Shown: positions 24,647-35,546 of the stretch, piece after piece
Layout: each line of letters begins with the position of its first letter
Position numbering within the stretch: the first letter of the stretch is position 1
Source of the DNA: a virus
Length of the DNA stretch: 60,790 nucleotides
IMG/VR virus record: IMGVR_UViG_3300025086_000020
Reading direction: 5' to 3' (one strand)
Notes under the pieces: model-generated
What the model was told of the DNA's origin: nothing
Seen by the model: only the letters and a program-made list of their open reading frames with translations
The model's database searches: none
Made by a program: the position numbers and the translations under genes

Positions 24647-26217
24647 TGGCAACAAAAGGACAAATAGTAGAACAAGTATTAAGAATCGTTAATGGTGGTG
24701 GTATAAGTGATGATTCTAAAGTTACCTCAAAAGAGGTTGGAACACTTCTTGAACATGAGAGAGATGCTTTAGTTAGGAAAACAATTTTAGAAAACTCTTC
24801 TATAGGTGAACATGAAATTCCAAATGAATTTTTAAGTATGTTAACACTAGATGTTCTACAAGATACATCTAATGTTTATGGTAATGGTGGTAGAGCATAT
24901 TCACAACTACCACAAACACCTGTTAATCTACCAAATGATGGTGGTATATATAGAGTTTGTAAAGTTGAATCAGATGAGGCTTTAGATGCTACACATTCGA
25001 TTCTTTTAACTGCTAATTCTGCAGTAGCAGAATCAAGTAGTGATGTAGGTTCTTCTGCTCTTAAATTCACTAGGGATAAGGTGGGTTCTTATAGTATAGG
25101 TAATAAATTAGTTTTTTCTTTTCAGTTTAGTTCTGGTGGAGCTGGTTTAGTTTCATATCAATTTGCTTTTGATTACTTTGATTATTCAAGTAACAATCCC
25201 TCTGAATTAACTCTTTCAACCTTAGATCCATTTTGGTTGGTGCACAGTTTAATGAGAGACTCTGAATTTAACAACTTTTTAAAAATAAACAATCTTACCT
25301 TAGAATATTCTCACTCATCAGGTTCATCTTTAAGCAGTATAATATTTAGCTCATATCATGGTAAGTTTTCTTTTGGTTTAGCTGATGAGACAAATTATTC
25401 TATTAAGTCAGTATTAACAAACTCAGAGGTAATAACCTGTGGTGGTGTAAACCCATTATCAATCTGGAGTGATATGACAGCAGATACCACCCCAGTTTTA
25501 TCATTTGGACTTCAAATTGATTATCATAAAAATAAAAGAATTTATAGCATGGAAGCAGACCCATTAGGTATAAAAGCTAAGGACTCTACTTTTTTAAATA
25601 TGCACGTTAGTTTTTCTCAAAGGGATGTGATAAATTATGATGGTTTAGCTACTGATATGATAGCTAAAGCGTGGATGAATAAGTTTGGTGGTCACATAGG
25701 TCAATATGGACTAGTTGCTGAACAGGCTGGTGCTGCAATAACTATAAAAGAGGAAAAACCATTAGGTGGTTTTGACCATTGGGCAATTTCCAATAATACT
25801 ATGGGTTCAAACAGCAGTGTGGGGGAGGCATCTTCGATTCCCACAAATGCAGAAGCAGCAAATTATAATCAAAGTTATTGTTATTCTAGAATGCCTAATC
25901 CTGGAACATATTCTGGAATGTATGATAGTGCTATAGCTTTGAGTGGTAGAAAGTATTGGTATAGACAAGAGGGTAGGGTTTATTTATATAACGAAAACAT
26001 ATTTAATGACATACGTTATGGATTAACAGGGGTTGGAAGTATTGATGTAAAAATAGCTGTATGGATGCTAGCTAAATCTGGTGAGCTAAAAAATGAGGAG
26101 GAGTTTCCTATGCCATCAGATGCTATACCAGAAGTAATAAAATCTCTTGTTGCTACATTTACAGCAATGAGAACAGCAACAGAGGATTTAACAAATAATA
26201 ATATAGATATATCATAA
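24646..26217 (+). CDS. Virion structural protein, function unknown (523 aa)
   Basis: ATAATG stop/start overlaps on both sides. Part of the structural operon. Confidence 0.5.
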   Translation: MATKGQIVEQVLRIVNGGGISDDSKVTSKEVGTLLEHERDALVRKTILENSSIGEHEIPNEFLSMLTLDVLQDTSNVYGNGGRAYSQLPQTPVNLPNDGGIYRVCKVESDEALDATHSILLTANSAVAESSSDVGSSALKFTRDKVGSYSIGNKLVFSFQFSSGGAGLVSYQFAFDYFDYSSNNPSELTLSTLDPFWLVHSLMRDSEFNNFLKINNLTLEYSHSSGSSLSSIIFSSYHGKFSFGLADETNYSIKSVLTNSEVITCGGVNPLSIWSDMTADTTPVLSFGLQIDYHKNKRIYSMEADPLGIKAKDSTFLNMHVSFSQRDVINYDGLATDMIAKAWMNKFGGHIGQYGLVAEQAGAAITIKEEKPLGGFDHWAISNNTMGSNSSVGEASSIPTNAEAANYNQSYCYSRMPNPGTYSGMYDSAIALSGRKYWYRQEGRVYLYNENIFNDIRYGLTGVGSIDVKIAVWMLAKSGELKNEEEFPMPSDAIPEVIKSLVATFTAMRTATEDLTNNNIDIS

Positions 26218-26930
26218 TGTATATAGAATTAGAAGAAATAATAAATAACTTAATGGTTGAGGAGGGTAAAACAAGTGAAAATGATTTCCTTAGATACTTT
26301 AAATTAGGCATGAATGGGATGAAAGAATTAAGTATTGATGTTGGTGGTGGGGTAAAAACAGTAGAATTAATTGTTGATTCAAATACACTTACTGTAGATT
26401 TACCTAATGATTACGTTAAATACACTAAAATAGGTGTGTATGGTAACGATGGTGACATTCACTCTTTAGGACTTAGAAATCAAAAGTCTTTAATTTCTAC
26501 TGCTGCTAACTCTACTCAGGTAAATGACGATGAACTTAACCCTACATATTTTGAATATATACAGGAGTATGGAATAGGTGGTGGTAATAATGCTAATGGC
26601 TACTACAGAGTTGATTTAGAGAACTCAACTATTCAATTTACCTCTAGTTTATCTTCTAAAAAAATAATATTAGAATATATTTCTAATTCGTTTATACACC
26701 CAACAGAGGGTAAGGTTGTTGTTCATGAGCTTATGGCTGATGCGATGGTAGCCTACATATATTGGAAATCTATATATAGAAAAAGAGCAGTACCTCCAAC
26801 AGATAAGGATGGTGCTAAAAGAAATTATTATAATGAGAAGAGGCTTGCTAGAGCTAGAATGTTAAGCTTTACAAAAGATGAAGCTTTACAAACTACTAGA
26901 AAAGCATTTAAGCAATCTCCCAAAATGTAG
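26217..26930 (+). CDS. Virion structural protein, function unknown (237 aa)
   Basis: Coupled ORF in the structural operon. Confidence 0.5.
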   Translation: MYIELEEIINNLMVEEGKTSENDFLRYFKLGMNGMKELSIDVGGGVKTVELIVDSNTLTVDLPNDYVKYTKIGVYGNDGDIHSLGLRNQKSLISTAANSTQVNDDELNPTYFEYIQEYGIGGGNNANGYYRVDLENSTIQFTSSLSSKKIILEYISNSFIHPTEGKVVVHELMADAMVAYIYWKSIYRKRAVPPTDKDGAKRNYYNEKRLARARMLSFTKDEALQTTRKAFKQSPKM

Positions 26931-26934
26931 TTAA

Positions 26935-29900
26935 ATGCAGGATAAGAGAAATTTTCAAGGTGGACTTAACAGAGATGATGATTCCAGGGTTATGCCAAAT
27001 GGAGACTATTTCTATGCTCAAAATGTAAGGGTATTATCTTCTGAAGATAGAAGCACAATGCTTCTTGAAAGTGTTAGAGGAATGATTAAAGAATCAATGC
27101 CTGCTGCGTTAAGTGATATAACTAATAAAGGATTAGATTGGAGAGTTATTGGATCATATGAGGACAGGCCCACTAATTGTATATATTATTTTTTATGGAG
27201 TGCGTTTAATTATCACTCTATATTAGAGTATAATATTAACACAGATACTGTGTCAATTGTTTTTAGAGACAATGGAGATGTATCAAACCTTCTTAGATTT
27301 GACAAAGAGACACTTATAACAGGAATCAATAAGATAGACGATTTATTATACTGGACTTCTGATAATGAATTTGAAGTTAGAGGAATAGGGGAGATGGTTC
27401 ATAATGAGCCAAAATATATAAACGTAGAAAAAGCTAAAGCTGGTTGGACAATTTTTTATGATGGTGGTGATTATTCTATAAATCCTCAAACAGCATTTAA
27501 TTTAGATACAATGTATCCTTATGAGTTTTATGCAATAGCTGGTGGTGGAATAAATTTACCTACATGGAGAAAGAGAAAATATATTGATGTTTGTAAAACA
27601 AGACCTTATCCACCTATATACTTTTACAAAACACCTATAAAAAATATAACCACAACAAATCAAGATATTAACACTCTTATAGATGCTGAAACAGACTTAG
27701 CTTTTGGTTCTGTTACAGTTACTCCTGGTGAAGTTATATATGTTAATGCAACTATAACATCTATTGAGGAATCAACAGTGTTTGACTTTGCTTATAAGAA
27801 AAATAACTTATATGGATTTATGTGGCAATTTGCATACAGATATGTTTATAAAGACAATGAGGTTAGTTCTTACTCTGAGTGGAGTCACGTTATGCCATCT
27901 CCTCAATATGCAACTAATAAGGTGGATGAAACAAAACAGAACTCTTATAATCAAATAAGGGTTTGGTACTGGAATGGCCCAGCTGATGTAGATAAAATAG
28001 AAATAGTGGCTAGAAAATGTTCTTATATAGAAACGTCTCCAGATGAGGGAAATAAAGGTGAATATTATTTAATATCAACTATAGATAATAATTACTATGA
28101 CGCTAATTATACAGGTGCTTCTAGTGATGTTGAGAGTATACCTTATCAATATGGATATAATGCTGTTACTACAAAAAACATACCATATATAAGAACAATG
28201 GCAGATGATGGAACAACGCTTCAATATTCTGGTGAACCATATGGATATATAGATTTTAGAAATGATGGTGTTTATACTCAGGTGGACCCAGTAGCTTTTA
28301 ATAAATTATATGACAGAGTTCCTAAAAGAGCCAAGTCACAAGAACTTATTAATGAAAATAGAATTGTATATGGTAATTATATAGATGGGTTTAATCAAGT
28401 ATTACCACACTTTCATTTATCACCAACTTATGGAGAGGGGGGTGTACAACAAGAAGCTCCTACAAACCCATTAACAACTGTAGACTTAGACGCTTGGAAT
28501 GGTGATCCATCAGACCCACAAAATTATGGTTTATCCCCAATTACACCAGAGGCTCAAGGTGCTAATTTTATTGACAGGGGTACAAAGCCAAATGATTTAT
28601 CAGGAGACGCTACAACAGGAATGCTCACATCAGATTACACCCCATATAGTTATCCTGATATTGATGAGCAGTTAAATAATACTCAAGCTAGAAAAGCTTT
28701 TGGTTGGGATTCTAATATGCAAAGAAGTGCTTTTACAATTACGTTTCCAACTAATGTTACATCAGGTCAAACCTTTAGAATAAGGATGAATCATACAGTA
28801 AGATATTATGCTAATAATGTTTTTAAAAGTAATGATGAAAATGTAGAATATCCATTTGGTAGTGGTACTGAGGATAGCACAAAAGCATATGATAATTTTG
28901 GTTTTCAAATAGATTTAACTAGGCAAGTTTCTGGAGGTGGAGTTAGTGGCATGATAGATGATTTTATATCTGATATTAAAACAATGGCAAACTTTCAACA
29001 AAGTAGTGCAGGAGCAGGTCTAACAGATCTTAGAGGAAATAATATAGAGGGTTCTGACGATTTTAACCCCAATTTTAATACTGGTAAAATATACACCACT
29101 TACATGGTAGATTCTGATAGCAACCAAACTTACGCTTGGAATGGTGGTCAAACACAAGGTGCTGCACTAATGAGATTATCAAGTATAAAAAAATTAGATT
29201 CTGATTTTGGTACTAATAATGTTTTACAAATAGAATTTGTTCCTTATGGTCAATCAATAGGTACTACTGGTCAGCTTCCTGAAAATGGTTGTAATGAAAA
29301 GGTTAATAAGGAAGATTACTATTACCCTGATGGAACAGAAACTACTAACCTACATGTTTGGAAAGTAATAAATGAGTCTGCAGGTGATGATAACAGTTAT
29401 AGAGATTCTACAAAATGTACTTCTTGTTCTGGATTTCAGTCAATAGATAATTCTGAGCCAGGTTGTGACGATGGTAGCACTGGTCTTGGTTCATCAAGAT
29501 GGAGAGAGGAATTAAAAAGAGAAATGAGAAGTAATTGGTCTGGAGAGTCAGCAGCAGGTATTAATATTGAGGGGCCAGCATGGTCAGATACTACAGGTTT
29601 AAATGACGCTAATGCTGACAGTGTAAAGAATGCAGAAACAGCAGCCTGCTTTAAATCTGGTGCTTGGCACAGGTTTGGTTTAGTTTATTATGATGGAAAG
29701 GGTAGAAGCTCAACTGTTATGTTAAACACAGAGGATATTAGTGATACAACGTATGATAGAAACTCATCTGTATATGTTGGTTTTCCACCTGAAAGAATTT
29801 ATGAGCAGGGCTTGTCTGATGATTTTGACACAGCCAACCCTAGTGGATTGACAACAACTTCTTTAACTAATGCACAAAAATTATCACCAGTAAATATATA

Positions 29901-32700
29901 TTGGAAAATATTTCACAAACCACCTATTTGGGCTAGATATTACCACTGGGTATATGCTAGAAACACTTCTGTAGGTGATTTTATGCAATTTACTATTGAC
30001 AATGCTTACGTCAATAAAGGTGCTAAAGCAGGAACAACATCTGCAGAAGCACAGAATGATACTAAAATATACATCTCCCTAAACACCATGGATGGTAGAT
30101 TATGGAGTTATAGTCAAAAAAATAGGTCTTTAGTGGGTGATTGGAGTTTTGCTGAAGGGGATAGGGTTAGACTTATAGCTCAGGCTGATGGTACTGTTTT
30201 TGATAAGTATTATGACTTTAAGGTTGGTGATGTTGGTAATTACCCTGGTAGATTTGATATTGACCCAAGTGGTGGTGAAGGTATATCAGATGATGGTGTG
30301 TCTGGTAATGTAGCATTAATTAATGAATCTCCTGTTGGGGGATCTTCTAATGAACCTCAAACTGCAAAACTTGGAAAGTTTATTGTTATAGATGACCCTA
30401 AAATAGATGGATATGGTGTAGAATTAGCTTCTGATGCTAATGGAGATATACCAAACTGGCACAAAGTAACAGTTGAAATATATAGACCTAAAAAGAATAC
30501 TACTGAAGAGCAATCACTTTATTACGAGTTCTCTGAAAGATTTGGTATAGGTGATATTGGTAAAGAAACAAGGTATCACATGGGAAGAAACGAAGGCAAT
30601 AATCAGCAACCTTCTGACTACAACTCAGATAATAAAACATTGAATGCACCAGCTAGAGGGGTTTTCATGAGAGGAGACGTTTGGTATAAACCAAGAAATT
30701 TAAAAGTTATAGATTCTGGTGGAGGTAGTGTAAATCTAGGAGAGATATGGTATGAAAGTTATTTCTTAAATGATTTTCTTCAAACAAATCACAATAACAT
30801 AGGTAGACCACACTTATACTCTATATACTCAAAAGAGCAAAGAAGAAAAGCTACATTAACTTATTCTGATGTATACCAACCTGATACACAGTATAATGGT
30901 TTACATTCATTTAGCTTTAGCCAGAGACCTTATATGGATTATGATTTATCTTTAGGTTCTATACAGAAGCTTGTATCTAGAGACACTAACCTTGTTATGC
31001 TTCAAGAAAATAAAACATCTAGAATACTTGTTAATAAAGATATAATAACAACACCAAGTGGAGACCAAGGCATAACATTGTCTACTAATGTTTTACCAGA
31101 AACTGCTGAACCATTTTCTGGAGACTATGGTGTATCTACAAACCCTGAATCTGTAGCTATACATGAATCAAAGATTTATTTTACAGATATAAAAAAGGGT
31201 GCAGTATGTAGATTAGGGGGAGATGGAATAACAGTTATATCTGACTACAAGATGAAAGATTTCTTTAGAGATAAGATGGACGAGTATCAATCTATATTAA
31301 CATCAGAATATGAAGAAAAGTTGGGGGGTGGTTTATTTATTATTGGTGGTTACGATCCAAGACATGGAGAATATGTATTAACATTCCCACCTATATATAA
31401 TACAACAACTAGTTCAACACTACAAACATCTATAGCTTTCTATAATACAAATGCTATTAATTTTAATTCAGCATCAAGTAATTTTGAAACTTTTATTACT
31501 GACCCATATATAGTAACAAATGAAAACATGGACGACAGTATACTTCAAGAGATAAATGGAAGAGAAATATCTGTAGCTCCAGTAACATTATCTTTTAATG
31601 AATCAGCTAATAGATGGTCTAGTTTTTACACTTTTTATCCTGAATATTATGGATCTTTAAATAGAGTGTTTATAAGTTTCAAAAATGGAGTCTTATATAA
31701 ACATGATTATGATTCAACTAACCATTCTATGTTTTATGAAAATCCACTACCAAGTGAAACAAAGGTTTCTTTTCCATTTAATATTGATGTTTCTTCTGTT
31801 AAGTCTTGGAACTCCCTATCTATAGAGGGTTCTGCTAAACAACAGGCAATACCACTTATTACAACTTCAGCTATTTATGCACCTGTTACTGTTACTGCTA
31901 CAACAGATAGTGCAAACCTAGAGGGAGCTAATGTTAGTTTTACAACAAATGATATAGTGGTGGGTGATTCTGTGTGGTATAATGATAATGGAACTCTTAG
32001 AACTTTAGGTGTAATAACTGCAATAACTGATGCAGATACTATTGTTACAAGTATTACAGAGGTTAATGCTTTTATAACTGCTAGTAGTACGTCATCAGGA
32101 GCTGCTTTAAATAATGTGTTTATTATAAGTGGGGGAGAGACAGCATTCAAGACTACTATGACAACAAATATAAATTCAACATCACTTGTCCACAGGTTAT
32201 CATATGATAATGATGTTAGTGGTAATAATTTCCCAGGCAACTGGGTTGAGAGAGAAGATGTTCTTAGTTCTAATATACCTCTTGGGGAAACAAATTCTGC
32301 AGGGGGAGAATACTTTGGGTTAGGTATGTCCTCTTTTGATAGTGGTTCTACGTTTTTATTAGGACGAAGCCTTTTTGGTAATCCAACAACATTAACTAAT
32401 ACTAACTACACTTCTTCAGGAGTTGTGGCTGGAGATTCTGTTTATTGGGATAATAGTGGGGTAGAAACCTTAATAGGGACAGTATCTTCTGTGAATAGTG
32501 AAAGTAAAATAACTCTTTCTGGTAACGCTACATCATCTCAGGATAATAAGTTTTGTTATGTAAAGAAAAACTCAACCATAGAGGGAGATAGATTAAAAGG
32601 ACATTATATGGATACCACATTAACAAAAAGAACTAAAGATAAAGTTCACATTTACGCTGCGAATGCAAATATAATTAACAGCGAACTTAGTAATAAATAA
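26935..32700 (+). CDS. Large tail or host-recognition structural protein (1921 aa) with two C-terminal VGD modules
   Basis: Size, position and G/S/T/N/Y-rich composition. VGD modules at 31951-32052 and 32419-32520. Confidence 0.5.
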   Translation: MQDKRNFQGGLNRDDDSRVMPNGDYFYAQNVRVLSSEDRSTMLLESVRGMIKESMPAALSDITNKGLDWRVIGSYEDRPTNCIYYFLWSAFNYHSILEYNINTDTVSIVFRDNGDVSNLLRFDKETLITGINKIDDLLYWTSDNEFEVRGIGEMVHNEPKYINVEKAKAGWTIFYDGGDYSINPQTAFNLDTMYPYEFYAIAGGGINLPTWRKRKYIDVCKTRPYPPIYFYKTPIKNITTTNQDINTLIDAETDLAFGSVTVTPGEVIYVNATITSIEESTVFDFAYKKNNLYGFMWQFAYRYVYKDNEVSSYSEWSHVMPSPQYATNKVDETKQNSYNQIRVWYWNGPADVDKIEIVARKCSYIETSPDEGNKGEYYLISTIDNNYYDANYTGASSDVESIPYQYGYNAVTTKNIPYIRTMADDGTTLQYSGEPYGYIDFRNDGVYTQVDPVAFNKLYDRVPKRAKSQELINENRIVYGNYIDGFNQVLPHFHLSPTYGEGGVQQEAPTNPLTTVDLDAWNGDPSDPQNYGLSPITPEAQGANFIDRGTKPNDLSGDATTGMLTSDYTPYSYPDIDEQLNNTQARKAFGWDSNMQRSAFTITFPTNVTSGQTFRIRMNHTVRYYANNVFKSNDENVEYPFGSGTEDSTKAYDNFGFQIDLTRQVSGGGVSGMIDDFISDIKTMANFQQSSAGAGLTDLRGNNIEGSDDFNPNFNTGKIYTTYMVDSDSNQTYAWNGGQTQGAALMRLSSIKKLDSDFGTNNVLQIEFVPYGQSIGTTGQLPENGCNEKVNKEDYYYPDGTETTNLHVWKVINESAGDDNSYRDSTKCTSCSGFQSIDNSEPGCDDGSTGLGSSRWREELKREMRSNWSGESAAGINIEGPAWSDTTGLNDANADSVKNAETAACFKSGAWHRFGLVYYDGKGRSSTVMLNTEDISDTTYDRNSSVYVGFPPERIYEQGLSDDFDTANPSGLTTTSLTNAQKLSPVNIYWKIFHKPPIWARYYHWVYARNTSVGDFMQFTIDNAYVNKGAKAGTTSAEAQNDTKIYISLNTMDGRLWSYSQKNRSLVGDWSFAEGDRVRLIAQADGTVFDKYYDFKVGDVGNYPGRFDIDPSGGEGISDDGVSGNVALINESPVGGSSNEPQTAKLGKFIVIDDPKIDGYGVELASDANGDIPNWHKVTVEIYRPKKNTTEEQSLYYEFSERFGIGDIGKETRYHMGRNEGNNQQPSDYNSDNKTLNAPARGVFMRGDVWYKPRNLKVIDSGGGSVNLGEIWYESYFLNDFLQTNHNNIGRPHLYSIYSKEQRRKATLTYSDVYQPDTQYNGLHSFSFSQRPYMDYDLSLGSIQKLVSRDTNLVMLQENKTSRILVNKDIITTPSGDQGITLSTNVLPETAEPFSGDYGVSTNPESVAIHESKIYFTDIKKGAVCRLGGDGITVISDYKMKDFFRDKMDEYQSILTSEYEEKLGGGLFIIGGYDPRHGEYVLTFPPIYNTTTSSTLQTSIAFYNTNAINFNSASSNFETFITDPYIVTNENMDDSILQEINGREISVAPVTLSFNESANRWSSFYTFYPEYYGSLNRVFISFKNGVLYKHDYDSTNHSMFYENPLPSETKVSFPFNIDVSSVKSWNSLSIEGSAKQQAIPLITTSAIYAPVTVTATTDSANLEGANVSFTTNDIVVGDSVWYNDNGTLRTLGVITAITDADTIVTSITEVNAFITASSTSSGAALNNVFIISGGETAFKTTMTTNINSTSLVHRLSYDNDVSGNNFPGNWVEREDVLSSNIPLGETNSAGGEYFGLGMSSFDSGSTFLLGRSLFGNPTTLTNTNYTSSGVVAGDSVYWDNSGVETLIGTVSSVNSESKITLSGNATSSQDNKFCYVKKNSTIEGDRLKGHYMDTTLTKRTKDKVHIYAANANIINSELSNK

Positions 32701-32712
32701 AATAATAATTAG

Positions 32713-32720
32713 TATATTTG
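32713..32720 (+). promoter_or_regulatory. -7 box TATATTTG upstream of the internal-protein genes
   Basis: Exact TATATTTG ending 7 nt before the ATG at 32728. Confidence 0.4.
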
Positions 32721-32727
32721 TAAAACC

Positions 32728-33783
32728 ATGGCTAAAAAGAAGAAAAAATTAAAAGGTTTATATGCTGCCAAGTATTTTATTGGTGGATTAATCTCTGGTA
32801 TAAAGGGGGCTAAAAAATCTAAAAAAGATATACAGAAGGCTGAACAAGATAGATTACTGCAACTACAAAAAGAAGAACAACTTAGAAGTAGTAGACAACA
32901 ACTTACTATGTCACCAGAAGTTGAGAAATTAAAAGAAGGTTTAGGTGGTACTGAAATCCAAAGAAGAGAAGAACAAACTGATAGAGCAAAAGCTGCTGCT
33001 ATGGCTGCTGCTACTAGAGGGGGAACAAGAGTAGATGCATTTGCAGCTATGGGAGCAGGAGACGCACAGGCATCTAAATTAGCACAAGACCAAGCAGAAG
33101 CACAAAGAAGAGGTTTAGAAGCTGCACAACAAGAAAGAGGAAAACTTAGAGACACTCAAGAGGCTAGGGAGCAGGCTGACTACGCAAGACAAGCCCAGTT
33201 AGCTGATTACTCCAGAGAAGATGTTATGGCTGGTCAATCAAACTTGGCAGCTTATCAACAACAACAATATAGTGGTTTAGACGCTGGTATTGGAACTCTT
33301 TTTGGAATGGGAAAAGATGGAATGGTATCTGGTAAGAAAAAATCCTTAAAGGAAAAAATAAAAGAAAGAATGACTAAAGGTGTAGAAAATAAAGATGTTA
33401 TGGAAGCTGGTGAACCTGAAGTTACTCCAGGAAAATTTTCTCATGAAAAGAATCCTATAGACCTAGTTCAGAAAAATGGAGAGAATGGTGCACCAGAAAA
33501 AATTGGTGAAATGACAGGTGGTGAGGCTATAGTCCCACCAAAGAATGTTAAGCAAATGAGAAAAATGATTGAAGAGAATAATGGAGAGGCTTTAGTTAAA
33601 TTAATGGATAGACTATTGACTAAATGGGATAAGGAGGCTGAAGACACTAGTGAGTCAAGAGAAGAGTTTAAAAAAACAATGGCTAAACATGGTGCTGTTC
33701 ATAAACCTAGAATGTCATCAGGAAAACAAATGTTTGCTTGGGATAGAGAATCTAAATTTAAAAAAGGAGGAATCTTTAAATAA
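32728..33783 (+). CDS. Putative internal virion protein (351 aa)
   Basis: Lys-rich N-terminus, Ala/Gln-rich coiled region, ends in FKKGGIFK (an x-G-G motif). It precedes the giant protein. Confidence 0.4.
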   Translation: MAKKKKKLKGLYAAKYFIGGLISGIKGAKKSKKDIQKAEQDRLLQLQKEEQLRSSRQQLTMSPEVEKLKEGLGGTEIQRREEQTDRAKAAAMAAATRGGTRVDAFAAMGAGDAQASKLAQDQAEAQRRGLEAAQQERGKLRDTQEAREQADYARQAQLADYSREDVMAGQSNLAAYQQQQYSGLDAGIGTLFGMGKDGMVSGKKKSLKEKIKERMTKGVENKDVMEAGEPEVTPGKFSHEKNPIDLVQKNGENGAPEKIGEMTGGEAIVPPKNVKQMRKMIEENNGEALVKLMDRLLTKWDKEAEDTSESREEFKKTMAKHGAVHKPRMSSGKQMFAWDRESKFKKGGIFK

Positions 33784-33791
33784 TATAATAT

Positions 33792-35546
33792 ATGCCAATA
33801 GCTAATGTATCAGAAATTGTAGGCCAAAGAGATTTGGTTAAAGAAGCTCAAGGTTGGGCTGATTTGAGGTTAAAGAAAAAACAACTTCAAGCAAGAGAGG
33901 AAAAAGAAAAACTAAAATCAAAACCTAAACCATACAATTTTAACACAGAAAACTTTGGAAGTGAGAATCCTCACATGTTTGATCTTCAACAAAACTTAAA
34001 TCAGCAAATGAGTGATTATGCTTTAGCTAATGCTGAATTGTTAAGAACAACTCCTGGAACAGAGGATTGTGGACCACAGTGTCAGCAAGCTCACAGAACT
34101 TTAAATAATATGAATAATGCTGCTAAGATGTTTACTAAATATGGGGACAATCTTCAGGGATCTTATGATGAGAGAAAAAGGCTAATGGAGGAAAATCCAG
34201 ACGCTTATGGGAATGACGAAAACATGGCAGCCTTAGAATCCTATATTAGTGCTTGGAATCAAGGACTTGGTGGAGAAGGTTTTGATATAGCATTTAATCA
34301 AAATGGTCATCTTATTGTAAATAAAAAAACAAGAAAAAAAACTCAAGCCACAACAGATGAAAATGGTGAAACTGTACCATTATGGGACAATGGAACAGAA
34401 GAAGGGACTACTGATAAGAGTCAAGCTGTAATGGAAAATGGTAAACCAAAACCACTTATGATGAGTTTGGATACTGGGGAAAGTACAGACTTTGATGTAA
34501 ACCAAATGAGCTTTAATCAATTTGTAAAAGATATTGGGTTTGATAAACCTATATCTAATGTAGGTCAACAAGGTTTTGATAAAACAATAGGTTCTTATTC
34601 TGAATTAATTTCTAGAAACCCTGATCCAAGTCTTGACCCTAAAGCAGCATATAATGAATACAATAATCAAAACTTACAAAAACTTGAAGCTTACATATAT
34701 AGTGGTGAAGGTAGAGTTAGAAGTCATTCAAAATATCTTGAGAAACTTCTTCAACAAGAAAGACTACAAGATGATGACCCTAATAATGATTTTGCACCTA
34801 TAACAAAAGATGATATAGTAGGTAAAGCTTATGAACTTGCTATGGGTAAGGCTCTAGGTGATGATAAGATGAAAGATATTAAGAAGTCTTCTGTATATGA
34901 CTTTTACGAAGAAACACTTAGTGGTGGTTATTTCGAGAATCCAGATGATATGAAGAGTGACTTTAAAGGAACAAATTATAAATTTGAGGGTAGCTCTTTT
35001 GACTCACCAGGTGGAACAGTTGATTTTAATATTAATGTTAGACCAGGTAATATTTCCCTTTTAAGTGGTGATAATCAATTCCAAAAATTAAATTCAAAAG
35101 ACCAACTAGATTCTTATAGAACAACACAAAAATTTAGTGCTAGTAGATATGGTGTGGCTTTATTTTATAAAGGAAGAGCTATATCTGATGAAGAATTTGC
35201 TAATTTAGAACCACCTGAAGAAAAGGCAAAAGCAAAATATCAAAGAGCCATGTATGGACAGTTAATATTAAATAGTGGGGAAGAAGATGATATTAAGTTA
35301 CTGATTGGTGAAAATTATGGTCTGGATAAGGACAATGTTTTAATTGATGCAATTGTACCAGCTGGTATATATGAAAGAACTGTTGGTGGTACTGGTTCTG
35401 CAAAAGAGGGTGAGGGTAAAATTAATGAAGAAATGATAAGAGATGCTCAAAAATTAGTGGAAGCTAAACAAAAGCAGCATGATGCTACCTATGGTGCTAA
35501 AAAACAAAAGAAAAAGAAAACAAACACTAGAATAGATGTATTATAA
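33792..35546 (+). CDS. Putative internal virion protein (584 aa)
   Basis: Position only. A TAATG overlap couples it to the giant ORF. Confidence 0.35.
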   Translation: MPIANVSEIVGQRDLVKEAQGWADLRLKKKQLQAREEKEKLKSKPKPYNFNTENFGSENPHMFDLQQNLNQQMSDYALANAELLRTTPGTEDCGPQCQQAHRTLNNMNNAAKMFTKYGDNLQGSYDERKRLMEENPDAYGNDENMAALESYISAWNQGLGGEGFDIAFNQNGHLIVNKKTRKKTQATTDENGETVPLWDNGTEEGTTDKSQAVMENGKPKPLMMSLDTGESTDFDVNQMSFNQFVKDIGFDKPISNVGQQGFDKTIGSYSELISRNPDPSLDPKAAYNEYNNQNLQKLEAYIYSGEGRVRSHSKYLEKLLQQERLQDDDPNNDFAPITKDDIVGKAYELAMGKALGDDKMKDIKKSSVYDFYEETLSGGYFENPDDMKSDFKGTNYKFEGSSFDSPGGTVDFNINVRPGNISLLSGDNQFQKLNSKDQLDSYRTTQKFSASRYGVALFYKGRAISDEEFANLEPPEEKAKAKYQRAMYGQLILNSGEEDDIKLLIGENYGLDKDNVLIDAIVPAGIYERTVGGTGSAKEGEGKINEEMIRDAQKLVEAKQKQHDATYGAKKQKKKKTNTRIDVL